In this document: positions 17,508-26,992 of the stretch, one piece after another
How the letters are laid out: each line of letters starts with the position of its first letter
How positions within the stretch are numbered: the stretch's first letter is position 1
NCBI GenBank assembly: GCA_964389325.1
Contig: CAYMEN010000005.1
Span: forward strand, 31,672 to 95,671
Direction: 5' to 3'
From: an uncultured bacterium
GTDB taxonomy: Bacteria; Muiribacteriota; Ozemobacteria; Ozemobacterales; Ozemobacteraceae
Length of the DNA: 64,000 nucleotides
The notes under the pieces: generated by a model
What the model was told of the DNA's origin: nothing
Database searches by the model: none
Seen by the model: only the letters and a program-made list of their open reading frames with translations
Position numbers and translations under genes: made by a program

Positions 17508-18739
17508 GCCTTGTCTCCCTTCTCAGCGGGAATCATCACTTCGGTTCCGATCTTGAGATTCTTCGGGTTCAGTCCGGGATTGGCCTTGATGATGAGGCCA
17601 GCCTTCGACGCCTTGCCGTAGAACCGCTTTGCGATGATCGCAAGCGTGTCGCCATCCTGGATGGTATACCGCTGGACACACGCGGCGGCATCGCCTGCGG
17701 CAACCGTTTCTGACGCCTTTACGGGGGGGCGAACCGCGGCTTCCTTCTTCGTTTCCTTCTTAGCGGTGTTCTGCTTCGCCCCAGAAAGCGGCTTCACGTC
17801 GACGATGATCTCCTCGCCTGGCTTGACCTGGGCGCGGGCTTCGATGAAGTTGAGGTCGGCGATGGTCCTGTCATGGCCGGCATCGCCGTAATACCGCTCC
17901 GCGACGCTCTGGAGGGTGTCTCCCGCCTTCACGACGTAGATCACCAGCTCTTCATCGATGGTGTGGAGGGTCTTGAACTCGTTCAGATTGATCACGCGGG
18001 GCTTCGCCGCGGGCGCCGGGGCGTGGGCCGGAGCAGGATTCTTTGCGATGGCGTCCGTGGAAGGCTTCGCGGATACCGGCACCGGGGTGGCCGGAATCAC
18101 CGGAGCAATCCCGCTCTTCGCCGGCACGGGGGCCACGCCGGCCGTTTTGCCGGCTTTCGCGGCGGGAGCGGCGGCAGTCGCGGGCTTTTTCTGCGTAGCT
18201 GCAGCGGCGGTCTTCGGAGCGGCCGGGCGGACGGATTCATTCTCGAAGGGGATTTCCCGCGGTGGCGTGTCGGAACCTGGTTCCGGAGCGACTTCGGTAT
18301 ACAGGGTCGTGACGACGCCGTCGGGGCTTTTCACGGCTGCCTGGCGGCTGCCGGCAAACGGCTCTGACCAGACTTTCCGGCCGTCGATGCGGGCGAACGC
18401 CCTGACCAGTTCGGGCTTGCCGCCCGCGTTCATCGGAACTTTCAGACGGAACGTCCGCAAGGCCCCGCCCGCGATGTCGCCAGACGGCTTCAGCACATAG
18501 GTCTTGACGCCCCTGGCACCCTGGATTTCGACCCCGACGTCATAGCGGCCGGCTTTGAGAGCTCCGGGATCCTGGTTGAAGACGTGTGCAAGAACGATGT
18601 TCCTGCCGTCGACGACAGCCTTCTTGCCGCCTGGAAGGCGCTCGAGAACGTATCCGCCGACAACCGGTTCCGCCGCGAGAGGGGCACAGAGCGAGAGCAT
18701 TCCGGCCAGCAGGCCGAGATTCCGAATGGTTTGCCTCAT
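17504..18739 (-). CDS. Secreted protein with two C-terminal LysM peptidoglycan-binding domains and Ala/Pro-rich linker
   Basis: Signal peptide MRQTIRNLGLLAGMLSLCAPLAA. LysM motifs (YVVKAGDTLQSVAERYYG, YTIQDGDTLAIIAKRFYG). Stop overlaps the helicase start. Confidence 0.75.
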   Translation of the reverse strand: MRQTIRNLGLLAGMLSLCAPLAAEPVVGGYVLERLPGGKKAVVDGRNIVLAHVFNQDPGALKAGRYDVGVEIQGARGVKTYVLKPSGDIAGGALRTFRLKVPMNAGGKPELVRAFARIDGRKVWSEPFAGSRQAAVKSPDGVVTTLYTEVAPEPGSDTPPREIPFENESVRPAAPKTAAAATQKKPATAAAPAAKAGKTAGVAPVPAKSGIAPVIPATPVPVSAKPSTDAIAKNPAPAHAPAPAAKPRVINLNEFKTLHTIDEELVIYVVKAGDTLQSVAERYYGDAGHDRTIADLNFIEARAQVKPGEEIIVDVKPLSGAKQNTAKKETKKEAAVRPPVKASETVAAGDAAACVQRYTIQDGDTLAIIAKRFYGKASKAGLIIKANPGLNPKNLKIGTEVMIPAEKGDKA

Positions 18740-18830
18740 GTTCGTTCGTCTCCTGAAAGCGAGGTCGCGTATTCTCTGAGAAGCTTATCGGCATGAGGCG
18801 GCCCATGCTTTAGGAGTTCGGCGAATCAGG

Positions 18831-18863
18831 ACGAAAAAACAAAAGAGCCCCCGAGGGGGCTCT
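18831..18863 (-). terminator. Rho-independent terminator after the ispF-region operon (minus strand)
   Basis: Minus strand reads AGAGCCCCCTCGGGGGCTCT followed by TTTGTTTTTTCG. Confidence 0.7.
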
Positions 18864-18879
18864 TGTCGGTGGTCAGGTC

Positions 18880-19455
18880 TCAGTTTTCTTCGTAGACCGT
18901 CACGGGGAACCAGGCGCCCTGCATCAGGACAGGCAGGACGGGATCGGCACGCAGGGAGATCGTGACCTTCGATGTTTCGGCCGTGACGGCTTTGGATGTC
19001 TTCCCCATGCCGTAGAACGGGACGAACGGATTTCGCCCGACACGGAACGGGCTGGATTTGGCAGTGACGATTCTCAGTTTGTCGACAACGAGGGGAAAGC
19101 CTTCCCGGGCCAGCTTATCGATATCGGCCGACGTCAAGCGGACCGGAACCTTCTCGAAGCCCGCTTTGCCGGACGCTCTTTCGGTGCCGGCATAGGTCTG
19201 CATCTCGGTGACCATCTTGCGCATCTCGGTGTTCAGACGGCGTTCTTCCTCGAGTCTTTTCCGCAGGACCTCGGCTTCGCCGAAGTAGTTGCTCATCGCC
19301 ATCTCGCCCGTAACGGCGACGATGCCGCGCGGTTCGCTGCGCTGACCGATATAGTTGATCAGGATGATCCCCGCCACGAACAGGTATCCAACGCCGAGGA
19401 ACAACTGGGATCTCTGCTTTTCACCTGCCACAGCCGACATTCCTCCGGGATTCAA
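18880..19455 (-). CDS. Hypothetical membrane-anchored protein
   Basis: ORF with TM segment (LFLGVGYLFVAGIILINYIG). Overlaps the ispF 3' end. Followed by a strong terminator. Confidence 0.45.
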   Translation of the reverse strand: MNPGGMSAVAGEKQRSQLFLGVGYLFVAGIILINYIGQRSEPRGIVAVTGEMAMSNYFGEAEVLRKRLEEERRLNTEMRKMVTEMQTYAGTERASGKAGFEKVPVRLTSADIDKLAREGFPLVVDKLRIVTAKSSPFRVGRNPFVPFYGMGKTSKAVTAETSKVTISLRADPVLPVLMQGAWFPVTVYEEN

Positions 19456-19924
19456 GTAACACCACGGCGTTGCAAACCATGGCGCGCCGCTCCCCCACCG
19501 CGTCGAAGCCTTCGTTCGTGCCGGCTTTCACCGAAACCCTGCTCATATCGATGCGCAGGCCCCGCGCGAGCGACGCGCGAATGGCTTCACGGTGAGGAGA
19601 AATTTTCGGACTCTCACAATGTATCATAGTATCGATGTTTACAACACAAAAACCGGCTTCATCGATGAGATTCATGACGCGCTCGAGCAGCAGCATCGAC
19701 GAGATGCCGCGATAGGCGGGATCGGTGTCGGGAAACAGCATGCCGATGTCGCCGAGCGCCGCGGCCCCGAGCAGGGAGTCCATGACGGCATGAAGCAGCG
19801 CATCGGCATCCGAGTGGCCCTTGAGACCGCACGAATGGGGAATGCGGACGCCGCCGAGCCACAGCTCCCGATCGGGCACCAGGGCATGAATATCGTGGCC
19901 GAAGCCGATTCTGAGGCTGCTCAT
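19421..19924 (-). CDS. ispF: 2-C-methyl-D-erythritol 2,4-cyclodiphosphate synthase
   Basis: RIGFGHDIHAL..HSDADALLHAVMDSLLGAAALGDIG is the IspF signature. Start taken at MSSLRIG. Confidence 0.85.
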   Translation of the reverse strand: MSSLRIGFGHDIHALVPDRELWLGGVRIPHSCGLKGHSDADALLHAVMDSLLGAAALGDIGMLFPDTDPAYRGISSMLLLERVMNLIDEAGFCVVNIDTMIHCESPKISPHREAIRASLARGLRIDMSRVSVKAGTNEGFDAVGERRAMVCNAVVLLESRRNVGCGR

Positions 19925-19932
19925 CCCATCGT

Positions 19933-21129
19933 TCATGCCGCTGCCTCCCCGCCCTGACGGACGGCTGCCCGCGCAGCGACGCGGACCGCGGCTGCCCCGC
20001 GCGCGAGCTCGTCGTGCCGCAGCAGTGCCTCGAGATCGGGCGAGGCCTCGAACGGCAGTTCATCCATCACGGAGCGGATCACGGCCGGAATATCGGTGAA
20101 CCCGATGTCGCCGCGCAGGAACGCCGCGACGGCGACTTCGTTCGCCGCGTTCATCGCGCAGGGAAGGCTGCCGCCGCGCCGGCCCGCCTCGTAAGCGTAG
20201 GAGATGCAGGGAAAGTCCGCCATCCGCGGCGGTTCGAACGAGAGCGTGCCCAGCTTGAGCAGGTCGAGCCGCTCGCCGCTCGCTTCCCATCGCTCCGGGT
20301 AGCTGAGCGCGTATTGGATCGGCAGGCGCATGTCGGGAGCGCCGAGCTGGCCGAGGAACGAGCCGTCGATGAACTCGACCAGCGAATGGATGATCGACTG
20401 TGGGTGAACGACCACTTCGATGCGGTCGAAATCGATGCCGAACAGCCAGTGGGCCTCGATGACCTCGAGCCCTTTATTCATCAGCGTCGCCGAGTCGATC
20501 GTGATCTTGCCTCCCATGTCCCAGTTCGGGTGTCGCAGGGCTTCGCCGGGCGTCACCCGGGCAAGGCGGCTGGCGTCGGTCATGCGGAACGGACCACCCG
20601 AAGCCGTCAGAACCAGGCGTTTGATCTGGCTTCCGTCCTTGTGGCCGTCGGCCAGGCACTGGAAAATCGCGGAGTGCTCGGAGTCGATCGGGATCAGCGG
20701 AACGCCCTTCCTTTGCGCCGCAGCCGTGACGAGGGCTCCGGCGACGACGAGCGTCTCCTTGTTCGCGAGACAGACGGCCTTTCCCGCATCGATGGCTGCC
20801 ATCACCGGCCGCAGGCCGATCGAGCCGACAAGCGCGGACACGAGGGTGTCGGCGTCCCCGAGGGCGGCCGCCTCGAGCAGGCCCGGCATCCCCTCCCGGA
20901 CGGCGACGTCCGAGCCGCGCATCGCATCCCTGAACCGGGCAGCCGCTTCCGGGTCGTAGATCGCGACGAGCCTGGGACGGAACTCGCGTGCCTGCCCGAC
21001 GAGGCGCTCCCATTGGCGGCCGGCGGCAAGGGCAACAACGGAGAGGCGGTCCGGGTGGGTCCGGATGACGTCGAGCGTGCTCTGGCCGATGGAACCGGTC
21101 GAGCCGAGGAGCGAGATGCGGCGTTTCAT
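19933..21129 (-). CDS. dxr: 1-deoxy-D-xylulose 5-phosphate reductoisomerase
   Basis: ISLLGSTGSIG NADPH-binding motif, LANKETLV, IDSEHSAIFQCL. Confidence 0.9.
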   Translation of the reverse strand: MKRRISLLGSTGSIGQSTLDVIRTHPDRLSVVALAAGRQWERLVGQAREFRPRLVAIYDPEAAARFRDAMRGSDVAVREGMPGLLEAAALGDADTLVSALVGSIGLRPVMAAIDAGKAVCLANKETLVVAGALVTAAAQRKGVPLIPIDSEHSAIFQCLADGHKDGSQIKRLVLTASGGPFRMTDASRLARVTPGEALRHPNWDMGGKITIDSATLMNKGLEVIEAHWLFGIDFDRIEVVVHPQSIIHSLVEFIDGSFLGQLGAPDMRLPIQYALSYPERWEASGERLDLLKLGTLSFEPPRMADFPCISYAYEAGRRGGSLPCAMNAANEVAVAAFLRGDIGFTDIPAVIRSVMDELPFEASPDLEALLRHDELARGAAAVRVAARAAVRQGGEAAA

Positions 21130-21144
21130 TCCGGGAACTTCCTC

Positions 21145-22026
21145 TCAGCGGGGCTGCGAGCGCAGCGTATGCTCGATGAACACATCGACCGTGGCCGGGT
21201 CGAGAGAGCTCGCGGCCTTCACGGCATCGCGACGCTCTTCGAAAAGGCCGAATACGGACGGCCCGCTGCCGGACATGAGAACGACGCCGTCGCCGGTCGC
21301 GGCCAGGCACTCCTTGATGGCGGCGACTTCGGGATGCCGGTGCAGCGTGACGGATTCAAGGTCGTTGAAGACGTTTTTCCTCAGCAGGGGGAGATTCCGC
21401 TCCCGGCAGGCGGGGAGGAGCGTGGCGAACAGCTCTTCCTTGCGGGTGTTGTCGCCCGGCTGGTAGTTTTCGTATGCCCATTTCGTCGAGACGCTGACAT
21501 TCTTCGGAACGGCGACGACAACGGCGTAGGGCGGCTTGGGCGATTCGTAAAATGTCAGGTTCTCGCCCCGGCCCGTCGCGAGAGCGAGGCCGCCGTGCAT
21601 GACGAACGGCACGTCGGACCCGATCGACTGGCTCATCGTCATGAGATCGACCATCGGCAGGGAGGCGTCGTAAAAGCGTGCAAGAGCCATCAGGACGGCG
21701 GCGGCATCGGTGCTTCCGCCGGCGAGGCCTGCGGCGACCGGGATTCGCTTCTCGATCTGGATCAGGAGGCGCGGCGAAATGTCGAGTTTTTTCAGGAGCA
21801 GCATCGCCGACTTGTAGGCGAGATTCTCGGGCCCGGTTGGGACACCGGTGTGATCGCACTCGATCCGGAGGCCGTCTTCGCGGGTTTCCTTGATCGCGAT
21901 CGTGTCGGCGAGCGAGATCGTCTGCATCAGGCTCGCGATCTCGTGATAGCCGTCGGCCCGCTTTCCCTTGACCCAGAGCCCGATATTGATCTTCGCAGGT
22001 GCCTGAACGATCAGTGTTCGTTTCAT
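21145..22026 (-). CDS. ispE: 4-diphosphocytidyl-2-C-methyl-D-erythritol kinase
   Basis: APAKINIGLWV..GYHEI, and GHMP-kinase motif PVAAGLAGGSTDAAAVL. Confidence 0.9.
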   Translation of the reverse strand: MKRTLIVQAPAKINIGLWVKGKRADGYHEIASLMQTISLADTIAIKETREDGLRIECDHTGVPTGPENLAYKSAMLLLKKLDISPRLLIQIEKRIPVAAGLAGGSTDAAAVLMALARFYDASLPMVDLMTMSQSIGSDVPFVMHGGLALATGRGENLTFYESPKPPYAVVVAVPKNVSVSTKWAYENYQPGDNTRKEELFATLLPACRERNLPLLRKNVFNDLESVTLHRHPEVAAIKECLAATGDGVVLMSGSGPSVFGLFEERRDAVKAASSLDPATVDVFIEHTLRSQPR

Positions 22027-22319
22027 TCGTCGCGCGTTCCTCGCTTCCTGGGGCCAAGTCTAGCAATCACACGTATTCCTCGTCAATGCCGGATGCATCG
22101 CCACACGAACCACAACAGCGGAGAACCAATCCGCAGATGGCGCTGATGAAGCAGATGTCGCAGATGAGGATGTTGAAAAACATACATTCACCGCCGAGGT
22201 GCCGAGGAGACCAGATTGGTTTATCCTTTTTGACTCGTTTCACTCTCTGCGTCTCTGCGACTCCGCGGTTCAATCTTCGTATCGTCGTGGATATATATTC
22301 TCTGTGTGCGCTGTTTCTT

Positions 22320-23021
22320 TCAGCGCAGGATCGAAGAGAGCAGGAGCAGGTCTTCGGGGCGGGTGACCTTGATGTTCAGGGGGGAACCCGGGGCGAGGAA
22401 GACGGGGAGGCCAAGACGTCTGACGAGCCCCGCGTCGTCGGTGGCATCGGCGCCGTCGGCGCGCGCACGGGCGAGAGCTTCACGCAGGAGTTTCACGGGA
22501 AAGATCTGCGGCGTCTGCATGGCGAACATCTTCGACCGGTCGACGGCGCCGGTCACGAGACCATCGGTGCTTTCGACGAGGGTGTCGGAGACCGGCACCG
22601 CGCACGAAGCGTTCCCCTTCCCGACCGCCAGGCCGAGACAGGCCCGCACGATCTCCGGGGTGATCGCCGGGCGCGCCCCGTCGTGAACGGCAGCCCAGCC
22701 GTCATCGTCCGGCAGGCTTGAAACGCCCGCCTCGACGGAGTCCTGCCTGCGTATTCCACCACATATATATTTTACTGGATGTTTCGGTTTCCAGCCGGCC
22801 AGGCGTAGTTTTCCCTCTTCGATCCAGGCATCCGGAAGGACCACGGTGATCTCGACCGTTTCGGGGACCGCGTCGAAGCATTCGAGCGACCATTGCAGGA
22901 CCGGCTTCGACCCGATCTCGAGGAACTGCTTCGGGATATCGCTTTTCATGCGCGCTCCCGACCCTCCCGCGACCACGACGGGATACAGTTTCACGGTCAC
23001 CGTTTTCTCCCGTGCAGCCAT
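22320..23021 (-). CDS. ispD: 2-C-methyl-D-erythritol 4-phosphate cytidylyltransferase
   Basis: VVVAGGSGARM..KQFL..G motif of IspD. 233 aa. Confidence 0.85.
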   Translation of the reverse strand: MAAREKTVTVKLYPVVVAGGSGARMKSDIPKQFLEIGSKPVLQWSLECFDAVPETVEITVVLPDAWIEEGKLRLAGWKPKHPVKYICGGIRRQDSVEAGVSSLPDDDGWAAVHDGARPAITPEIVRACLGLAVGKGNASCAVPVSDTLVESTDGLVTGAVDRSKMFAMQTPQIFPVKLLREALARARADGADATDDAGLVRRLGLPVFLAPGSPLNIKVTRPEDLLLLSSILR

Positions 23022-23908
23022 TCGGCGAGTTCCGACATGCGGGAAATCGGCCGCGGAAGGGCCCCGGCCGCTTTCAGCGCCTCGTCGCGCACCCGCGCGG
23101 CTTCCCGTTTCGCCCCGTCCATGCCGAGAAGCGCCGGATACGTGGACTTGCCGAGACGTGCATCGCTTCCCGGCGTCTTTCCGAGAGCGGCGGTGTCGCC
23201 CTCGACGTCTAGTATATCATCAACTATTTGAAACAGAAGGCCGATGTGACGGCCGTATTCGGTGAGATTGCGCATCTCGTCAGGATCGGCGCCGCCCAGA
23301 ATCCCGCCGATCCTGATCGAGGCCGTGAGGAGAGCGCCGGTCTTGAGCCGATGGATACGGCGAAGCTCGTCGATCGTCACCTCCCGGTTCTCGGCGTCGA
23401 CATCGAGCATCTGGCCGCCCACCATGCCGGCATGGCCGGCAGCCTCGGCGAACGCCTTCACCGCGGAGATCGCGCGGCCCGCGGGCACGTCATAGTCCGC
23501 GATGCGCGCCATCCACTCGAACGCCAGCGTCAGCAGGGCGTCTCCGGCGAGGATCGCCGTCGCCTCGCCGAACACCTTGTGGTTCGTGGGCCGGCCGCGG
23601 CGCAGATCGTCGTCATCCATCGCCGGCAGATCATCATGTATCAATGAATATGTATGGAGCAGCTCGAGCGCGCACGCCGCCATCAGGGGGCCGTTTCCCG
23701 AGGCGCCGAAGCCCTCCGCGATCATCAGGCACAGCGCCGGCCTGATCCGTTTTCCGCCCGCGCAGACGCTGTACCGCATCGACTCATGAAGGCGAGCGGG
23801 CACGGCATCGACGGGGGGCAGCCAGCAATCGAGCGCCTCGTCGACGCGCGTCCTGCAGGCGCGCAGCCAGTCTTCCAGCCCCGGCATCGAAGGCCCGTCC
23901 GAGGTCAT
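22997..23908 (-). CDS. ispA: Polyprenyl (farnesyl/geranylgeranyl) diphosphate synthase
   Basis: First DDxxD (LIHDDLPAMDDDDLRRG) and second DDxxD (FQIVDDILD) motifs. Start at MTSDGPS, overlapping the xseB stop by 4 nt. Confidence 0.85.
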   Translation of the reverse strand: MTSDGPSMPGLEDWLRACRTRVDEALDCWLPPVDAVPARLHESMRYSVCAGGKRIRPALCLMIAEGFGASGNGPLMAACALELLHTYSLIHDDLPAMDDDDLRRGRPTNHKVFGEATAILAGDALLTLAFEWMARIADYDVPAGRAISAVKAFAEAAGHAGMVGGQMLDVDAENREVTIDELRRIHRLKTGALLTASIRIGGILGGADPDEMRNLTEYGRHIGLLFQIVDDILDVEGDTAALGKTPGSDARLGKSTYPALLGMDGAKREAARVRDEALKAAGALPRPISRMSELAEWLHGRKR

Positions 23909-24204
23909 GACGGCCTGCCGTCCTTCTCGGGATCGAACGGCTCTTCGCGGGCCGACTCGATGTTCCCGATCAACTGCAGCATGCGCGCCTCGGCAGCGTC
24001 GAGCACGTTTCCGCATCGGCGGCTCAGCCCGGTGCCGACTTCATACAGGCGCAGGCCGAGCTCGAGCGCGGTCCCCTCCTGTTCGAGGGCCTCGACGGTC
24101 TGCTCGAGACGCTCCATGGCGTCTTCATACGACAGTTTCTCGATCATCTCGGGAGTGAGAGCCGCGAGCTCCTCGAGTTCTTTCCGATCGAACACCTTTT
24201 TCAT
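23905..24204 (-). CDS. xseB: Exodeoxyribonuclease VII small subunit
   Basis: FEEAMERLEQTVEALEQEGTALELGLRLYEVG typical of XseB. Start at MKKVFD. Confidence 0.8.
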   Translation of the reverse strand: MKKVFDRKELEELAALTPEMIEKLSYEDAMERLEQTVEALEQEGTALELGLRLYEVGTGLSRRCGNVLDAAEARMLQLIGNIESAREEPFDPEKDGRPS

Positions 24205-25526
24205 GAACGCGTGCCTCCCGGGATTTTGATTTCGACATCCTCGACGGCCACGCGGGCCCGGCCGTCGACCATCTGCAGATCGAGCTTTCGTCCGGCTTTC
24301 AGAGCCGCGGCGGAGGTGACGACCACGCCGTCTTCGTCCGTCGCCATCATGTAGCCTCTCGAGAGCACCGCCCGCGGATCGAGCGCCGTCAGCCGCGCGG
24401 CCGCCATTTCCCACGCGTGGCGGCACCGGCGCCTGAAAGCCTCGCAGGCGGTTTCCAGGTCGCGGGCCGTGTTCGCGACGTGCGTCCGGCGTTCGGCGAC
24501 GAGCAGAGCCGGCTTCCGCAGGAACCGGCAGGAGCGGGCATGTTCCAGCCGCCCGGCCAGGAAGACGATCATGTGTTTCAGGGCGCGGCCGAGCCTGTTG
24601 CGCCTGTCCGCGATCGCCTTCACCAGCTCGTCCTTGAGGGGAACGACCAGCTCGCCCGCCACCGACGGCGTGGCCGCGCGCTGGTCCGCGACGAAGTCGG
24701 CGATCGTGAAATCCGTCTCGTGGCCGATCGCCGAAATGACGGGGGTCTCCGCCGCCGCGATCGCGCGGGCGACGCGCTCGTCGTTGAACGTCCAGAGGTC
24801 CTCGAGACTGCCGCCGCCGCGCGCGACGATGATCACGTCGACCCGCGGATCGGCATCGAGCCGCCGGATTCCCGCCACGACCTCTTCCGCCGCGCCCTCC
24901 CCCTGCACCTTCACCGGCACGAGATACAACGGCATGTTCGGGAAACGTCTGCGTATCACACGATATATATCCTGCACGACGGCGCCCTTCGGCGAGGTCA
25001 CGACCCCGACGCCGCGCGGCAGGAACGGCAGGAGCACCTTCCGGTCGGCGTCGAACAGGCCTTCTTCCTGGAGTTTCGCCTTGAGCTTCTCGAACGCCTC
25101 ATACAGCGCTCCAAGGCCTGCCGGACGCAGGTCGGTGATGATGATCTGGTATTCGCCCCGCGGTTCGTAGACCGAGATGGAACCGTAGGCGACGATCTGG
25201 TCGCCGTTCTTGAAATCATGCTTGATCCTGCGCCTGTTGCCGGCCCAGACGGCGGCTTTCAGAACCGACGACGCATCTTTCAGGGAAAAATAGCAGTGGC
25301 CCGACGCGGCTTTGACAAGGTTCGACACCTCGCCCTGGACCCAGACGCCCTCGAGCAGGCTGTCTTTTTCGAGAAGCCGCTTGATGTGGCGTGTGACTTC
25401 CCCGACGGAGAGAACCCCGCGCGTCAGCTCACCGGACTCGTTTTCCGACTCGTCCGGGACGTCGTCGAACAGGGTCCGTTTCGGTTCAGGCTCTTCCCGT
25501 GGCGTTCTGGTCCTGAGTTTTGCCAT
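24201..25526 (-). CDS. xseA: Exodeoxyribonuclease VII large subunit
   Basis: OB-fold N-term (GVWVQGEVSNLVKAASGHCYFSLKD). VGVVTSPKGAVVQDI, GGGSLEDLWTFNDERVARAI. N-terminus overlaps the accC 3' end. Confidence 0.85.
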   Translation of the reverse strand: MAKLRTRTPREEPEPKRTLFDDVPDESENESGELTRGVLSVGEVTRHIKRLLEKDSLLEGVWVQGEVSNLVKAASGHCYFSLKDASSVLKAAVWAGNRRRIKHDFKNGDQIVAYGSISVYEPRGEYQIIITDLRPAGLGALYEAFEKLKAKLQEEGLFDADRKVLLPFLPRGVGVVTSPKGAVVQDIYRVIRRRFPNMPLYLVPVKVQGEGAAEEVVAGIRRLDADPRVDVIIVARGGGSLEDLWTFNDERVARAIAAAETPVISAIGHETDFTIADFVADQRAATPSVAGELVVPLKDELVKAIADRRNRLGRALKHMIVFLAGRLEHARSCRFLRKPALLVAERRTHVANTARDLETACEAFRRRCRHAWEMAAARLTALDPRAVLSRGYMMATDEDGVVVTSAAALKAGRKLDLQMVDGRARVAVEDVEIKIPGGTRS

Positions 25527-26943
25527 GTTCGGCCGCCTTTCCGCCGGCTCCGTTCGCGCGCTCACGAGCTTCCTCGTCGGTCCGCTGCATGTAGGCGATC
25601 ATCGACACCTGGTGTTTGTCGACGAAGCCCGTGGTCAGCAGCCCCGACCGGAACTCCTCATGCGAAAACGCCCACTGGTGGAACGGGATCGTCGTTTTGA
25701 TCCCCTCGACCCGGAACTCGTGCAGGGCCGCCTGCATACGGTCCATCGCCGTCTCGCGGTCGGGGCCCCAGGAGATCAGCTTGGCGACCATCGAGTCGTA
25801 ACTCGGGCTCACTGCGTATCCCGTATAGGCCGCCGAGTCGACGCGGACCCACGGCCCGCCGGCGGGCAGATAATCGTTGATGTGGCCCGGGCACGGCGCG
25901 AAGCCGTTCGCGGGATCTTCCGCATTGATGCGGCACTCGAAGGCCCAGCCGTGGGGGGTTATGTCTTCCTGTCTGAAGGGAAGGGGCTCGCCCGAGGCGA
26001 CGCGCAGCTGCATCTCGACGAGATCGTAGCCGGTGACCAGCTCGGTGACGGGGTGTTCGACCTGGAGCCGGGTGTTCATCTCCATGAAGAAAAAGTTGCC
26101 ATCAGCGTCGAGCAGGAACTCGATCGTGCCGGCGTTCACGTAGTCGATCGCCTTCGCGGCCTTCACGGCGGTTTCGCACAGCCGCCGGCGCAGGTCGGCG
26201 TTCACGGCCGGGGATGGAGACTCCTCGATCAGTTTCTGGTGACGGCGCTGGATCGAACACTCGCGCTCGCCCAGGGCGACGACATTGCCGTGATGGTCGC
26301 CCATGATCTGAACTTCGATGTGGCGCGGATTCCGAAGATACTTCTCGACGTAGACGCGGCCGTCGCCGAACGCCGACTGGGCCTCGGCCTGCGCCATGCT
26401 GAACAGCGTCCGGAACCGATCTTCCGTCTCGACCAGGCGCATGCCGCGGCCGCCACCGCCGGCGGAGGCCTTCACGAGGACGGGGAAACCGACCTTGTGG
26501 GCGATCTTCAGCCCCTCTTCGGGGTCCTCAACGCTGCCGGTCGAACCGGGCATCACGGGAACGCCGGACCGGATCATCAGGTCGCGCGCGACGGACTTCT
26601 GGCCCATCCGCTCCATCGCCCGATGGCTTGGGCCGATGAACACGAAACCGCATTTCTGGGTGATCTCGGCGAACGTCGGGTTTTCCGACAGGAAGCCGTA
26701 CCCGGGATGAATCGCGTCGCACTGGGTGGCATGGGCGACGGAAAGGATGTTCGGAATATTCAGATACGACAGGTCGGGACGGGCCGGCCCGATGCAGTAG
26801 GCTTCATCGGCGAGCCTGACATGCAGCGCCTGGCGGTCGACTTCCGAGAAGACCGCGACCGTCCTGATGCCGAGCCGGCGGCAGGTTCTGATGACACGAA
26901 CCGCGATTTCCCCGCGGTTCGCGATGAGAATCTTGTTGAACAT
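25486..26943 (-). CDS. accC: Acetyl-CoA carboxylase biotin carboxylase subunit, with ~40-aa C-terminal extension
   Basis: MFNKILIANRGEIAVRVIRT, ATP-grasp motifs, HIEVQIMGDHHGNVVALGERECSIQRRHQK. GAGGTG RBS. Start at 26943. Confidence 0.9.
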   Translation of the reverse strand: MFNKILIANRGEIAVRVIRTCRRLGIRTVAVFSEVDRQALHVRLADEAYCIGPARPDLSYLNIPNILSVAHATQCDAIHPGYGFLSENPTFAEITQKCGFVFIGPSHRAMERMGQKSVARDLMIRSGVPVMPGSTGSVEDPEEGLKIAHKVGFPVLVKASAGGGGRGMRLVETEDRFRTLFSMAQAEAQSAFGDGRVYVEKYLRNPRHIEVQIMGDHHGNVVALGERECSIQRRHQKLIEESPSPAVNADLRRRLCETAVKAAKAIDYVNAGTIEFLLDADGNFFFMEMNTRLQVEHPVTELVTGYDLVEMQLRVASGEPLPFRQEDITPHGWAFECRINAEDPANGFAPCPGHINDYLPAGGPWVRVDSAAYTGYAVSPSYDSMVAKLISWGPDRETAMDRMQAALHEFRVEGIKTTIPFHQWAFSHEEFRSGLLTTGFVDKHQVSMIAYMQRTDEEARERANGAGGKAAEHGKTQDQNATGRA

Positions 26944-26992
26944 GGTTACACCTCGCGTAAGGCTGTCACGCTGCATCGGCAGCGGCCGTGCG

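Noticed and set aside
20014-22146. 710-aa plus-strand ORF
   Set aside because: It lies antisense to dxr and ispE, both of which have strong family signatures.
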